59,041 nucleotides of DNA from Acholeplasmataceae bacterium (GTDB lineage Bacteria > Bacillota_I > Bacilli_A > Acholeplasmatales > Acholeplasmataceae), in NCBI GenBank assembly GCA_012837585.1, contig DUQW01000017.1:1-59041 (forward strand), given 5' to 3'. This document shows, in pieces, positions 45,443 through 55,369 of the stretch. The notes beneath the pieces were generated by a model, which saw nothing but the letters and a program-made list of their open reading frames with translations, made no database searches and was not told the DNA's origin. Position 1 is the stretch's first letter; the number at the start of each line of letters is the position of its first letter. The position numbers and the translations under genes were made by a program.

Positions 45443-46444
45443 ATGAAGAAAAGATTATTATTAATATTTGTTACAATTTTATCAATTGGATTATTAGCAG
45501 GATGTTCAAATCCTAAGAAAGACTATAAAAATTTTGTTAATTCAGAAGAAATTAAGGTTGTAACAACAATTTCATTGTTAGCCGATATGCTAAAAAATAT
45601 TGGTGGCAATAAAGTGGTAGTTCACCAATTAATGAAACCAGGAGTTGATCCGCACTCATATATTCCAACTAAACTAGATATAGATTATTTATTATCAGCT
45701 GATGTTATTATATTTTCCGGAATACATTTAGAAGCACAAACAAGTGAAGCATTAAGAAAAGTTGCTGATCGCGAATCAATAGTAATTGAAGCCGCAGAAA
45801 TATTAGTTCAAAAACATCAAAACAATAATGAAGACGGAGTTATGTTAATTAGTTGGACAGGAGAAGAACATGAGGGACATGATCACGGAAATTTAATGTA
45901 TGATCCTCATTTTTGGTTTGATGTTAATTACTGGATTATCGTTACTAGATATGTAACTGACGAACTTTCAAGATTATTTCCAGAACATAAAAACTATTTT
46001 GAATTAAGATATCAAAGTTATTTAACAAGATTAAATGCATTAAATACATATTTAGATACACGTGTTAATGAAGTACCAATTGAAAAAAGAATTTTATTTA
46101 CTGCACATGACGCCTTTGGTTATTTTGGTCAAAGACATGGTTTTAAAGTAAATGCAGTTTTAGGTATTTCAACTGAAGATGAAGCAAGCACTAAAGATAT
46201 TGAAAATTTAGTTAATCTTGCAATTGAAGATAACGTAGAAGTTATTTTTATTGAATCTTCAGTTCCTCAAAAAACAATCGATGCTATTATCGAATCAGCT
46301 AGAATTAAAGGTCATACGATTCGAATTGGCGGAGAATTATTTTCTGATTCATTAGGTAATCCTGATGGTAAAGGAAGCACCTATATTGATATGTTAAAAG
46401 ATAACATGGATACAATTGTAGATGCTATTTTAAATAAAAAATAA
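45443..46444 (+). CDS. metal ABC transporter substrate-binding lipoprotein (TroA/ZnuA cluster A-I) with His/acidic loop
   Basis: Start at ATG 45443 (SD aaggagga). Lipobox LLAGC. Ligand motifs DPHSY, DPHFW, AHDAFGYF, FSDSLG. Loop GEEHEGHDHG. The His at AHDAF suggests a Zn/TroA-like site. Confidence 0.88.
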   Translation: MKKRLLLIFVTILSIGLLAGCSNPKKDYKNFVNSEEIKVVTTISLLADMLKNIGGNKVVVHQLMKPGVDPHSYIPTKLDIDYLLSADVIIFSGIHLEAQTSEALRKVADRESIVIEAAEILVQKHQNNNEDGVMLISWTGEEHEGHDHGNLMYDPHFWFDVNYWIIVTRYVTDELSRLFPEHKNYFELRYQSYLTRLNALNTYLDTRVNEVPIEKRILFTAHDAFGYFGQRHGFKVNAVLGISTEDEASTKDIENLVNLAIEDNVEVIFIESSVPQKTIDAIIESARIKGHTIRIGGELFSDSLGNPDGKGSTYIDMLKDNMDTIVDAILNKK

Positions 46445-46456
46445 GAAGTGATAACT

Positions 46457-47200
46457 ATGGATAATAAAGATTATATTATTGTTGAAGACTTAACCATTTC
46501 ATATGATATTAAACCAGTCCTGTGGGATGTTGACTTACAAATCCCAAAGGGTGCTTTAATGGCTATTGTAGGCCCTAATGGCGCCGGTAAATCGACACTA
46601 ATTAAAGGAATGTTAGGGCTTGTTAATGTTGTAACGGGATATGTTACTTTTTTTGGTAAGTCTTACGAAGACTCGAAAAAACAAATCGCCTATGTCCCTC
46701 AGCGAGGCTCAGTCGATTGGGATTTCCCGACAACTGTTTTTGATGTTGTGCTAATGGGAAGATATGGTGACGTAGGTTGGTTTAAACGTCCAACAAAAGA
46801 AGATAAAGAAATAGCTCTTAATTGTTTAGAAAGAGTTGGAATGAGCAAATATAAATCACGACAAATATCTGAGTTATCAGGTGGGCAACAACAACGTGTC
46901 TTTTTAGCAAGAGCCCTTGCTCAAAAAGCTGATATTTATATTATGGATGAACCTTTCCAAGGGGTAGACGTTGTTACCGAAGAAGCAATAGTTAATATTT
47001 TTAAATTGTTAAAATCAGAAGGAAAAACATTAATTATTGTTCATCATGATTTAAAAACTGTTCCTAAATATTTTGATCATGTAGCCTTAATTAATTTAGA
47101 AGTTATTGCTCAAGGTAAAATTGAAGATGTTTTTACTGAAGAAAACATTAATCAAACTTACCAAGAAAGATCAATAAAGAGGAAGCAAGAAAATGTTTAA
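46457..47200 (+). CDS. metal ABC transporter ATP-binding protein
   Basis: Walker A GPNGAGKST, signature LSGGQQQR, Walker B IYIMDEP. Alternative GTG start at 46448. Confidence 0.92.
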   Translation: MDNKDYIIVEDLTISYDIKPVLWDVDLQIPKGALMAIVGPNGAGKSTLIKGMLGLVNVVTGYVTFFGKSYEDSKKQIAYVPQRGSVDWDFPTTVFDVVLMGRYGDVGWFKRPTKEDKEIALNCLERVGMSKYKSRQISELSGGQQQRVFLARALAQKADIYIMDEPFQGVDVVTEEAIVNIFKLLKSEGKTLIIVHHDLKTVPKYFDHVALINLEVIAQGKIEDVFTEENINQTYQERSIKRKQENV

Positions 47201-48236
47201 TATTTTATTCCAATTAACACCAGCTTTATCTAGAGTTTTAGTAACTAGTATTGTTTTAGGATTTTTAGCTGGTTCTTTTGGAGTATTTATCGTGTTAAAA
47301 AAACAAGCACTAGTCGGAGACACCATAGCGCACTCTGCACTACCGGGTGTTGTTTTGACATTTATTTTATTTAATTCTAAAGAATTAGAAATTTTACTCA
47401 TTGGTGCTATTTTTACTGGTTTTATTTCAATATTACTATTTAACTTTATTAAAAAACATTCAAAAATTAAAAATGATGCGACTCTAGCAATTTTGCTTGC
47501 TGGCTTTTTTGGATTAGGACGAATGATGTTATCAGTTGTCCAAAGTTCTAATAATGCTGGAGCTAGTGGACTTGAATCATTTATCTTCGGTCAGGCTGCT
47601 ACAATTTTACTTAAAGATATGTTTTTAACAATAGTTGTTGCGGTTGTAGTAAATATCGTTATTACGCTATTATGGAAGGAATTAAAGATACAAATCTTTA
47701 ATCCGGAATATTTTAATTCTATTGGTTTTAATTCAAGATTAGTTGATATAATTTTCTCAGTATTAATTGTCTTAGTTGTAGTAGCAGGTATTCAAATGGT
47801 TGGTGTAGTTTTAATTAGCGCGATGCTAATTGCACCGGCAGTTGCCGCAAGACAGTGGAGTCATCGTTTATGTATTAATTATTTGTTAGCGGGCTTGATT
47901 GGTTCGCTATCGGGACTAGCTGGTGTTTTATTAGCTGATCATTATAATTTGCCACCTGGACCAATGATTATTGTTGTATTAACAAGTGTTACGTTACTAT
48001 CGTTATTATTTTCTAAAAATGGTGTTGTAATAAAAACGATTAAACAAATTAGGTATCGTTATTACCTTAAAAAGTATGCCGAATTAGTTCGTTTTTATCA
48101 CGATGAAGAATTAACAAAAGAAGAACTACAACAACTATTAGAAAAGAATTATTTAATTTTCGATGATAATAAATATCAAATGAGCAAACTTGGATGCGAA
48201 AAGGTTAATTTAATTATAGGTGATGAAGATGACTAG
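47193..48236 (+). CDS. metal ABC transporter permease (ABC-3 family) with 73-aa cytoplasmic C-terminal extension
   Basis: 347 aa. Multi-TM ABC-3-like core plus tail 48015-48233 (...YAELVRFYHDEELTKEELQQLLEKNYLIFDDNKYQMSKLGCEKV...). Confidence 0.88.
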   Translation: MFNILFQLTPALSRVLVTSIVLGFLAGSFGVFIVLKKQALVGDTIAHSALPGVVLTFILFNSKELEILLIGAIFTGFISILLFNFIKKHSKIKNDATLAILLAGFFGLGRMMLSVVQSSNNAGASGLESFIFGQAATILLKDMFLTIVVAVVVNIVITLLWKELKIQIFNPEYFNSIGFNSRLVDIIFSVLIVLVVVAGIQMVGVVLISAMLIAPAVAARQWSHRLCINYLLAGLIGSLSGLAGVLLADHYNLPPGPMIIVVLTSVTLLSLLFSKNGVVIKTIKQIRYRYYLKKYAELVRFYHDEELTKEELQQLLEKNYLIFDDNKYQMSKLGCEKVNLIIGDEDD

Positions 48237-49335
48237 TGGTTTAGCAATCATTTTAATCGCCTTAGCGACCGCAATCGCTTCATCAATTATTGGTCTTTTC
48301 TTAGTTTTAAGAAAAATGTCAATGTTAATTGATGCGATTTCGCATACCGTTTTATTTGGGATTGTAGTTGGTTATTTATTAGTAAAAGATATTAACTCAC
48401 CATTAGTTGTATTAGCAGCTACTGCGACAGGGGTATTTACTTCATGGTTAATTGAACTTTTAATTAAGTCAAAGAAAATAAGTGAAGATGCCGCAACCGG
48501 AGTAGTATTCCCGTTATTATTTTCAATTGCGATATTACTTGTAAGTTCACCAGCAACCAATTTAAGAAATACCAACATTAATGTTGATAGTATCTTTATT
48601 GGTCATATTGAACTTGCTAGTATAGAACAGGTAACAATTGGAATGTTGACTATTCCAAGTAATTTAATATTACCACTTGTGGTATTATTAATTAATCTTT
48701 TATTTATTTCTATCTTTTACAAAGAATTAAAGATAGTATCATTTGATGTGGCTTTAGCTCAAGTTTTAGGTTTCTCTCCAATCATTATTCATTATTTATT
48801 AACAACTTTAGTTTCAGTAACGGCAGTTATTGCCTTTAATTTAGTTGGAGCTATTATGGTTGTATCACTTATGATTGGACCAGGAGCTACTGCATTAATG
48901 ATAACGAAAGATCTTAAAAAGACTTTATTTGTTACAGTAATTATTGCCGTATTTAATGTTTTAGTTGGATACTTAATTGGTGATTTCTTCGTTTTACCGA
49001 TATCAGGAGGAATCGCAGTTACCACTATGATAGTCTTTTTAATTGTTGTAATTTTAAATCCAAAAAGTGGAATTATGATTAATATCTTTAAACGAAGAAA
49101 ACTTAAATACGTTTATAAAGTAGTTGCGATGTTAGTCCATATTAGAAATCACTCTGATGCTGATGACGAAGAAGAAGAGATTGCACTTGATACGATTGTT
49201 CCAATGTTAAACTGGGATACAAAAGAGTTTAAACAAATTTATGAATATGCAATAAATAAAAACTATATTAAAGTAGAAAACAACATCTTACGTGTTACAC
49301 CTGAAGGTAGAAAATTTAAGGAGACTTACTTATGA
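48220..49335 (+). CDS. metal ABC transporter permease (ABC-3 family) with 90-aa cytoplasmic C-terminal extension
   Basis: 371 aa. Multi-TM core plus tail 49063-49332 (...KEFKQIYEYAINKNYIKVENNILRVTPEGRKFKETYL), which is paralogous to the tail of the preceding permease. Confidence 0.88.
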   Translation: MMKMTSGLAIILIALATAIASSIIGLFLVLRKMSMLIDAISHTVLFGIVVGYLLVKDINSPLVVLAATATGVFTSWLIELLIKSKKISEDAATGVVFPLLFSIAILLVSSPATNLRNTNINVDSIFIGHIELASIEQVTIGMLTIPSNLILPLVVLLINLLFISIFYKELKIVSFDVALAQVLGFSPIIIHYLLTTLVSVTAVIAFNLVGAIMVVSLMIGPGATALMITKDLKKTLFVTVIIAVFNVLVGYLIGDFFVLPISGGIAVTTMIVFLIVVILNPKSGIMINIFKRRKLKYVYKVVAMLVHIRNHSDADDEEEEIALDTIVPMLNWDTKEFKQIYEYAINKNYIKVENNILRVTPEGRKFKETYL

Positions 49336-50345
49336 AAGTAATGTTAATTGGTGGTACTGGACTTTTAGGTTATGAAACAGCTAAAATTTTATCAAAAAAT
49401 AATCACGAGATTATTTCTTTTGCCTTACCACCAATACCAACTTATATCAAGATTCCTAATAATATGGAGTTAATCTTAAAAAACTATTTAACACTATCAG
49501 AAGAAAAACTATTAGATTATATGAAGGGTTGCAAAGGTTTAATATTTGCTGCGGGAATTGACGAAAGAGTTGAAGGGAAACCACCTATATATGATTTATA
49601 TTATGAGTATAATATCAAACCACTACATACACTTTTGCCACTAGCTAAAAAAGCTGGAGTAAAAAGTGTTGTAATATTAGGATCATATTTTTCACACTTT
49701 AATCGTATTTGGCCAGAGTTAAATTTATCTAAATATCATCCGTATATTCGTTCAAGAGTTGATCAAGAAAATGTAGCGTTTAGTTATGCAGACGAAGGCT
49801 TTAATATTTCAATTATTGAAATACCTTATGTCTTTGGTATTCAAGAAGGAAGAAGGCCTGTTTGGACAATCTTAGTTAATGAAATATTAAAGATGAAAAA
49901 AAGAACTTATTGGACTAAAGGCGGAACTACTATGGTTACCGCAAGACAAGCTGGAGAAGCGATTTACGGTGCATTATTAAGTAATAAAGGTGCAAACGTA
50001 TATCCAATTGGATATTATAATATGACGTGGAAAGAGATGCTTGAAATTTTTCATCAAGCATTAGGAAGAGATAACCACAAAATAGTAACGATCCCTAACT
50101 TTTTATACCGACTATATGCAAGAAGGCTTACTAGAATTAATAAAAAAAATAATATTGAAAGTGGCCTTAATTTAGTTAAGTTTTCCAAATTGCAATCAAG
50201 GCTTCAATATATTGATAAGAAAACTTCACTTAGTTTAGGTGTTACTGGCGATGATATCGTAAAAGCGATTACCGATTCAGTTAAATTAAGTAAACTTGCT
50301 TTAGAAGAAAAAGATTTAAAATTAATTAATATGAAATATAAATAA
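49332..50345 (+). CDS. NAD(P)-dependent epimerase/dehydratase-family (extended SDR) protein
   Basis: 337 aa. Rossmann motif MLIGGTGLLG. ATGA overlap with the permease gene. Confidence 0.75.
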   Translation: MKVMLIGGTGLLGYETAKILSKNNHEIISFALPPIPTYIKIPNNMELILKNYLTLSEEKLLDYMKGCKGLIFAAGIDERVEGKPPIYDLYYEYNIKPLHTLLPLAKKAGVKSVVILGSYFSHFNRIWPELNLSKYHPYIRSRVDQENVAFSYADEGFNISIIEIPYVFGIQEGRRPVWTILVNEILKMKKRTYWTKGGTTMVTARQAGEAIYGALLSNKGANVYPIGYYNMTWKEMLEIFHQALGRDNHKIVTIPNFLYRLYARRLTRINKKNNIESGLNLVKFSKLQSRLQYIDKKTSLSLGVTGDDIVKAITDSVKLSKLALEEKDLKLINMKYK

Positions 50346-50347
50346 AC

Positions 50348-50379
50348 AAAAAAACAGATTCGCACGAATCTGTTTTTTT
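50348..50379. terminator. bidirectional terminator between the SDR gene and convergent pepT
   Basis: aaaaaaacagattc / gcac / gaatctgttttttt. Confidence 0.85.
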
Positions 50380-50388
50380 ACGTATAAA

Positions 50389-51591
50389 TTATTTAACTCT
50401 TACAATATTTTTAATGATTTCAACCGCTTTTTCCATTTGGTTAATTGACACATATTCATATCTACCATGATAATTATATCCGCCCATACCTAAGTTAGGA
50501 GTTGTAAGACCTTTATATGTTAGCATAGCGCCGTCTGTACCACCTCTAATTGGTTGAAAGATTGGTGTTACACCGGCTTTGGTTATCGCGTTTTTCGCAA
50601 TATCCAAAATATATTCTTTTCCTTTTAATTTTAAAGCCATATTATAGTACTGATCTCTTAATTTAACTTCAACTACTAAATAATTATATTTTTTGTTTAA
50701 CTTATTTTTAATGGTTTCAAAGATTTCTTTTCTTTTTTGGAAATTATCCCAATCAAAATCTCTAATAATATATTCTAATGTGGCACTTTCAACTGAACCA
50801 TTAGAACTAGTTAAATGATAAAAACCTTCATAACCAGAGGTGTTCTCAGGTGCTTCATTTGGTAAAAGTGAGTTAAATTCTATTGCTACTTTTTGGGCGT
50901 TTACCATTTTATCTTTTGCAGTACCAGGGTGAATACTTTTACCAGTAATAGTAACTAAAGCAGCAGCTGCGTTAAAGTTTTCACTTTCAATAGATCCAAC
51001 ACGGCCGCCATCAAATGTATATGCAAAATCAGGAGTAAAGACTTCTAAATTAAAATGATCAGTGCCGCGACCGATTTCTTCATCTGGTGTGAAAGCGATA
51101 TAAATGTCACCATGTAATAAATCTTTATCATTTAAAATATCTTGTACGGCTTGCATAATTTCAGCAACACCTGCTTTATCATCTGCGCCTAATAAAGTAT
51201 TACCGTCAGTAACGACTAAATCATCACCAATAACTTCTAATAAATTAGGAAATTCTTTTGGACTCATTTGATAAACATCATTTAAGATGATAGTTTTCCC
51301 GTCATATTGTTTAATGATTCTTGGATTTACATTAGTTCCAGGAGCATCAGAAGAAGTATCAACGTGAGCGATAAACCCGATACTATATTTAGCTTTATCG
51401 GTATTTTTTTCTATTTTTGAGTAAACATAACCATCCTTACACATAAATGCGTTAAGTCCCATTTCACTTAGTTCTTTAACTAATAACATTGATAAATCCT
51501 TTTGTTTTTCCGTTGAAGGAGAAGTTTCGCTATAAGGATCTGATTCGGTATCAATTTTGACATAACGTAAAAATTTATCTAAAACATTCAT
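50389..51591 (-). CDS. pepT: peptidase T (tripeptide aminopeptidase, M20B)
   Basis: Start at ATG 51591 (SD ggaggga). MNVLDKFLRYVKIDTESDP, HVDTSSD, GADDKAG, TPDEEIG motifs. Confidence 0.92.
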   Translation of the reverse strand: MNVLDKFLRYVKIDTESDPYSETSPSTEKQKDLSMLLVKELSEMGLNAFMCKDGYVYSKIEKNTDKAKYSIGFIAHVDTSSDAPGTNVNPRIIKQYDGKTIILNDVYQMSPKEFPNLLEVIGDDLVVTDGNTLLGADDKAGVAEIMQAVQDILNDKDLLHGDIYIAFTPDEEIGRGTDHFNLEVFTPDFAYTFDGGRVGSIESENFNAAAALVTITGKSIHPGTAKDKMVNAQKVAIEFNSLLPNEAPENTSGYEGFYHLTSSNGSVESATLEYIIRDFDWDNFQKRKEIFETIKNKLNKKYNYLVVEVKLRDQYYNMALKLKGKEYILDIAKNAITKAGVTPIFQPIRGGTDGAMLTYKGLTTPNLGMGGYNYHGRYEYVSINQMEKAVEIIKNIVRVK

Positions 51592-51771
51592 AATTATCCC
51601 TCCATTTTTAAGTATATCACTTGTCAATATTTTTAATCAATTAAGGCATAAGAAAAGATGTTATTTAATTATAATTTATAATTAAAGTGGATTGTCTTAA
51701 TGAGTATTTTATAAATAAATATATTTATAATGTGATAAAATTAAAATAATAACGTAAAGGGGAAGTGTAAA

Positions 51772-53571
51772 ATGGTTTTTACTAAACATTTTAGAAAATA
51801 CTACCTTAAATATTTTATTCCTTTAATCATAGGACTAGCGGTATTAATAGTTGTTGACTACTATCAGTTATTAATTCCAGAAGTAACCGGTGATATTATC
51901 GGCACGTACCGACTAGCTAGTGAAAGTATGGGTGCAGGTACAGTAATTACCGAAGATTCCCTATTAAGTCAAATCTTACCTCTTTTAGGTAAAATGTTAA
52001 TTCTTTTAGCGATTGTCGCATTTGGGCGTTTTTTATGGCGCCTTTTTATTTTTGGTACATCAAGAAAAATTGAAGAAGATGTTAGAAATGAAATGTTTGA
52101 ACACGCAACTAAACTATCTAATTCTTTTTATAGTAAAGAAAAGGTTGGAGGCTTAATGACATATTTCATTAACGATTTAGGCGCTGTAAGAATGGCATTC
52201 GGTCCTGGATTAATGATGATTGTTGATGGGATTTTCTTGGGCGGGTTTACTCTTTATAAGATGTTTAAGATGGATGTTATGCTTACGGTTTATGCATTTA
52301 TTCCAATGGTAGGATTGGCAATATTAATGTTTTTCCTTCGTAAGTCAATGCGACAACGTTTTAAAGAAAGACAAGAATCATTTGAAGATATGAGTGATTT
52401 CGTTCAGGAAAATCTATCAGGTATTTCTGTAATTAAAGCTTATGTAAAAGAAATTTCTAGCGCTATTAGATTTGAATATAGAACAAAAGATTTCTTTGAT
52501 AAAAATATCGCCTTTGTTAAACAAAGACTATATTTCCAAATGGCAATTACTATTGCCATTAACGTAGTTATCTTTACCTTAATTGGCTATGGTAGTTACT
52601 TAGTTATTTATCATACCTTTACACCAGAAAACTTAATTGTATTCTTAGCATATTTTGGAACTCTAACTTGGCCAGTAATGGCATTAGTAAGAGTAATTAC
52701 CATTTCAAGTCAAGCGGGAGCTAGTGCCCAAAGAATTGGAAAATTCCTAGATGCTGAAATTGAAGTTAATGATAATTTAGCAGTTGAAACACCAGAATTA
52801 AACGGATCAATTACTGCTAAAAATTTATCATTTAGTTATCCTGATGACCCTGAAACTTTAATATTAAAAGACATCTCTTTCGAAATTAAAGAAGGCGAAA
52901 TGGTTGGTATCTTAGGTAGAACCGGATCTGGTAAGTCAACTTTAGTTGATTTACTATTAAGAGTTTATAATGTTCCACTTGATTCGCTTTATATCGATTC
53001 AAGCGATATTATGACAATTCCTTTAAAACAATTAAGGGATACGGTTGGATATGTTCCGCAAGATAACTTTTTATTCTCTGATACGATTAAAGCTAATATT
53101 GGATTTTCTCAAGCTGAAATTGATTTAGAAAAAGTAATCGATGCAGCTAAGTTATCTGACGTTTATACTAATATTAATGAATTTAAAGAAGGTTTTGACA
53201 CTATCTTAGGAGAAAGAGGAGTTACTGTCTCGGGCGGACAAAAACAAAGAATTTCAATCGCTAGAGCTCTAACTAAAGATCCCAAAGTATTAATTTTAGA
53301 TGACTCAGTTTCGGCAGTTGATACTAAAACTGAGGAAGCTATTATTAAAAACTTATCTCAAGTAAGAAAAAATAAAACTACCATCTTTATTGCTCACCGT
53401 ATTTCAACGGTAAGACATATGGATAAGATATTATTACTTGATGATGGTAAGTTAGTGGGAATTGGTTCTCATGAACATTTACTTAAAGTGTCTCCTTTAT
53501 ACCAAGAAATGGTTAGACTTCAAACCTTAGAAAGGTTAGAAGATGAAAAAGGCGGTGATCTTGATGCGTGA
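51772..53571 (+). CDS. ABC exporter, fused permease/ATPase (heterodimer half 1)
   Basis: 599 aa. 6-TM type I exporter fold, Walker A GRTGSGKST, signature VSGGQKQR, Walker B LILDDS. Confidence 0.9.
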   Translation: MVFTKHFRKYYLKYFIPLIIGLAVLIVVDYYQLLIPEVTGDIIGTYRLASESMGAGTVITEDSLLSQILPLLGKMLILLAIVAFGRFLWRLFIFGTSRKIEEDVRNEMFEHATKLSNSFYSKEKVGGLMTYFINDLGAVRMAFGPGLMMIVDGIFLGGFTLYKMFKMDVMLTVYAFIPMVGLAILMFFLRKSMRQRFKERQESFEDMSDFVQENLSGISVIKAYVKEISSAIRFEYRTKDFFDKNIAFVKQRLYFQMAITIAINVVIFTLIGYGSYLVIYHTFTPENLIVFLAYFGTLTWPVMALVRVITISSQAGASAQRIGKFLDAEIEVNDNLAVETPELNGSITAKNLSFSYPDDPETLILKDISFEIKEGEMVGILGRTGSGKSTLVDLLLRVYNVPLDSLYIDSSDIMTIPLKQLRDTVGYVPQDNFLFSDTIKANIGFSQAEIDLEKVIDAAKLSDVYTNINEFKEGFDTILGERGVTVSGGQKQRISIARALTKDPKVLILDDSVSAVDTKTEEAIIKNLSQVRKNKTTIFIAHRISTVRHMDKILLLDDGKLVGIGSHEHLLKVSPLYQEMVRLQTLERLEDEKGGDLDA

Positions 53572-55369
53572 TTTTGATGATCAAGAGTTCACTCGAGTTA
53601 GAAGTGATAAACACTTATTTATAAACTTGATGAAATACTTGCGACCTAACTGGGGCAAGTTTGTAATTGGGATTTTATTAATGTTTCTAACATTAGCGAT
53701 AGATTTGCTTCCTGATTTCTTATTAGGAAAAGCAATCGACATGATGATTAAAGAAAGCATATCTCAAAGCGACAAGATGAATTATGTCATATTCGGGATT
53801 GCAATTTTGGTTATCGTTTTAGTAGTTGCATTAACATTTAACTATATTCAAACGATATTAATGGAAAAGTTAGGACAAACTATTGTCCTAGATATTAGGC
53901 AAGATGCTTTTGAACACGTTCAAAGTATGTCTGCTAATCAACATAATAATGTACCAGTTGGTAAGTTAGTAACGAGAATTACTAACGATACAGCGGCACT
54001 ATCTGAGATGTTTTCAGATATTTTAATTAATTTTTTAAGAAGTTCATTATTCTTAATTATTAGTTTGATTATTCTATTTATTTATAACTGGCGCTTAACA
54101 CTTTATATAATGGGAATTGTTCCGTTTGTTGCACTTTCAATGTTTGCTTTTAAAAACTTATCAAGAAAAGCTTATAGAAGAACTAAGACAAACGTTGGGA
54201 TTCTAAATGCGTTCTTATCTGAAAACTTATCAGGTATGAAAGTTACTCAAATCTTTAATCAAGAAGAAAAGAAAAAAGCTGAGTTTAATCATTTAAGTAA
54301 AGAATTAAGAAAAAGCTATTTAAAAGAAGTATTTATCTTTGGAGTCTTTAGACCAATGATATTTGTTTTCTCTACTTTAGGAACAATCGTTTTATTCTAC
54401 TTTGCTGCAAGAGAAATAATTAGTGGAAGTTTAACAGTTGGTGATTTAGTATCATATTCAAGATACTTAGGTAAGTTCTTTAGACCAATTGAAGAACTAG
54501 CCGATCAATATAACATCTTACAAGGAGCATTTGCAAGTGCTGAAAAAATCTTTGACGTACTTGAAACCGAACCAGAAATTGTTGATAAAGAAGATGCGAT
54601 TGAACTTGAAACATTTTCGGGACATATTGAATTTAAAAATGTATGGTTCCAATACATTCCAGATGAATGGGTCTTAAAAGATGTTTCATTTGAAGTAAAA
54701 CCAAATGAAACGATTGCTTTTGTTGGGGCTACCGGAAGCGGCAAAACGACAATACTAAGCTTAATTGTTAGAAACTATGACATTCAAGCGGGTCAAATTT
54801 TAATTGACGGAATTGATATTAAAGATATCAAAATAGCGTCACTAAGAAAACATGTAGGTCAAATGCTACAAGATGTATTTTTATTTAACGCAACCATTAG
54901 AGAAAACATTACTTTATTTGACGATGAAATACCACTTGAAGAAGTTAAAAAAGCTGCTGAATATGTTGGCGCTAACCATTTCATTGAAAGATTACCAGAT
55001 GGTTATGAGCATATGGTATTAGAAAGAGGTAATAACTTCTCAGCTGGTCAACGACAACTAATATCATTTGCTAGAGCGCTACTTTATAAGCCAACACTAA
55101 TGATATTAGATGAGGCTACCGCCAATATTGACTCTGAAACGGAAGTATTAATTCAAGAGTCAATGGTAAAAATGATGAATATCTCAACGTCAATTGTTGT
55201 TGCACATAGACTATCAACAATTCAACATAGTGATAGAATTATAGTGATGAGCGATGGTGAGATTATAGAAATGGGTAACCATTTTGAATTATTAAGACAT
55301 AAAGGACATTATCATAAATTGTACGAACTACAATTTGAAAGCGAGGAAAAACATGATAAGAAAAGATAA
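53543..55369 (+). CDS. ABC exporter, fused permease/ATPase (heterodimer half 2)
   Basis: 608 aa. Walker A GATGSGKTT, signature FSAGQRQL, Walker B MILDEAT. Alternative ATG 53564 overlaps the upstream stop. Confidence 0.9.
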   Translation: MKKAVILMRDFDDQEFTRVRSDKHLFINLMKYLRPNWGKFVIGILLMFLTLAIDLLPDFLLGKAIDMMIKESISQSDKMNYVIFGIAILVIVLVVALTFNYIQTILMEKLGQTIVLDIRQDAFEHVQSMSANQHNNVPVGKLVTRITNDTAALSEMFSDILINFLRSSLFLIISLIILFIYNWRLTLYIMGIVPFVALSMFAFKNLSRKAYRRTKTNVGILNAFLSENLSGMKVTQIFNQEEKKKAEFNHLSKELRKSYLKEVFIFGVFRPMIFVFSTLGTIVLFYFAAREIISGSLTVGDLVSYSRYLGKFFRPIEELADQYNILQGAFASAEKIFDVLETEPEIVDKEDAIELETFSGHIEFKNVWFQYIPDEWVLKDVSFEVKPNETIAFVGATGSGKTTILSLIVRNYDIQAGQILIDGIDIKDIKIASLRKHVGQMLQDVFLFNATIRENITLFDDEIPLEEVKKAAEYVGANHFIERLPDGYEHMVLERGNNFSAGQRQLISFARALLYKPTLMILDEATANIDSETEVLIQESMVKMMNISTSIVVAHRLSTIQHSDRIIVMSDGEIIEMGNHFELLRHKGHYHKLYELQFESEEKHDKKR

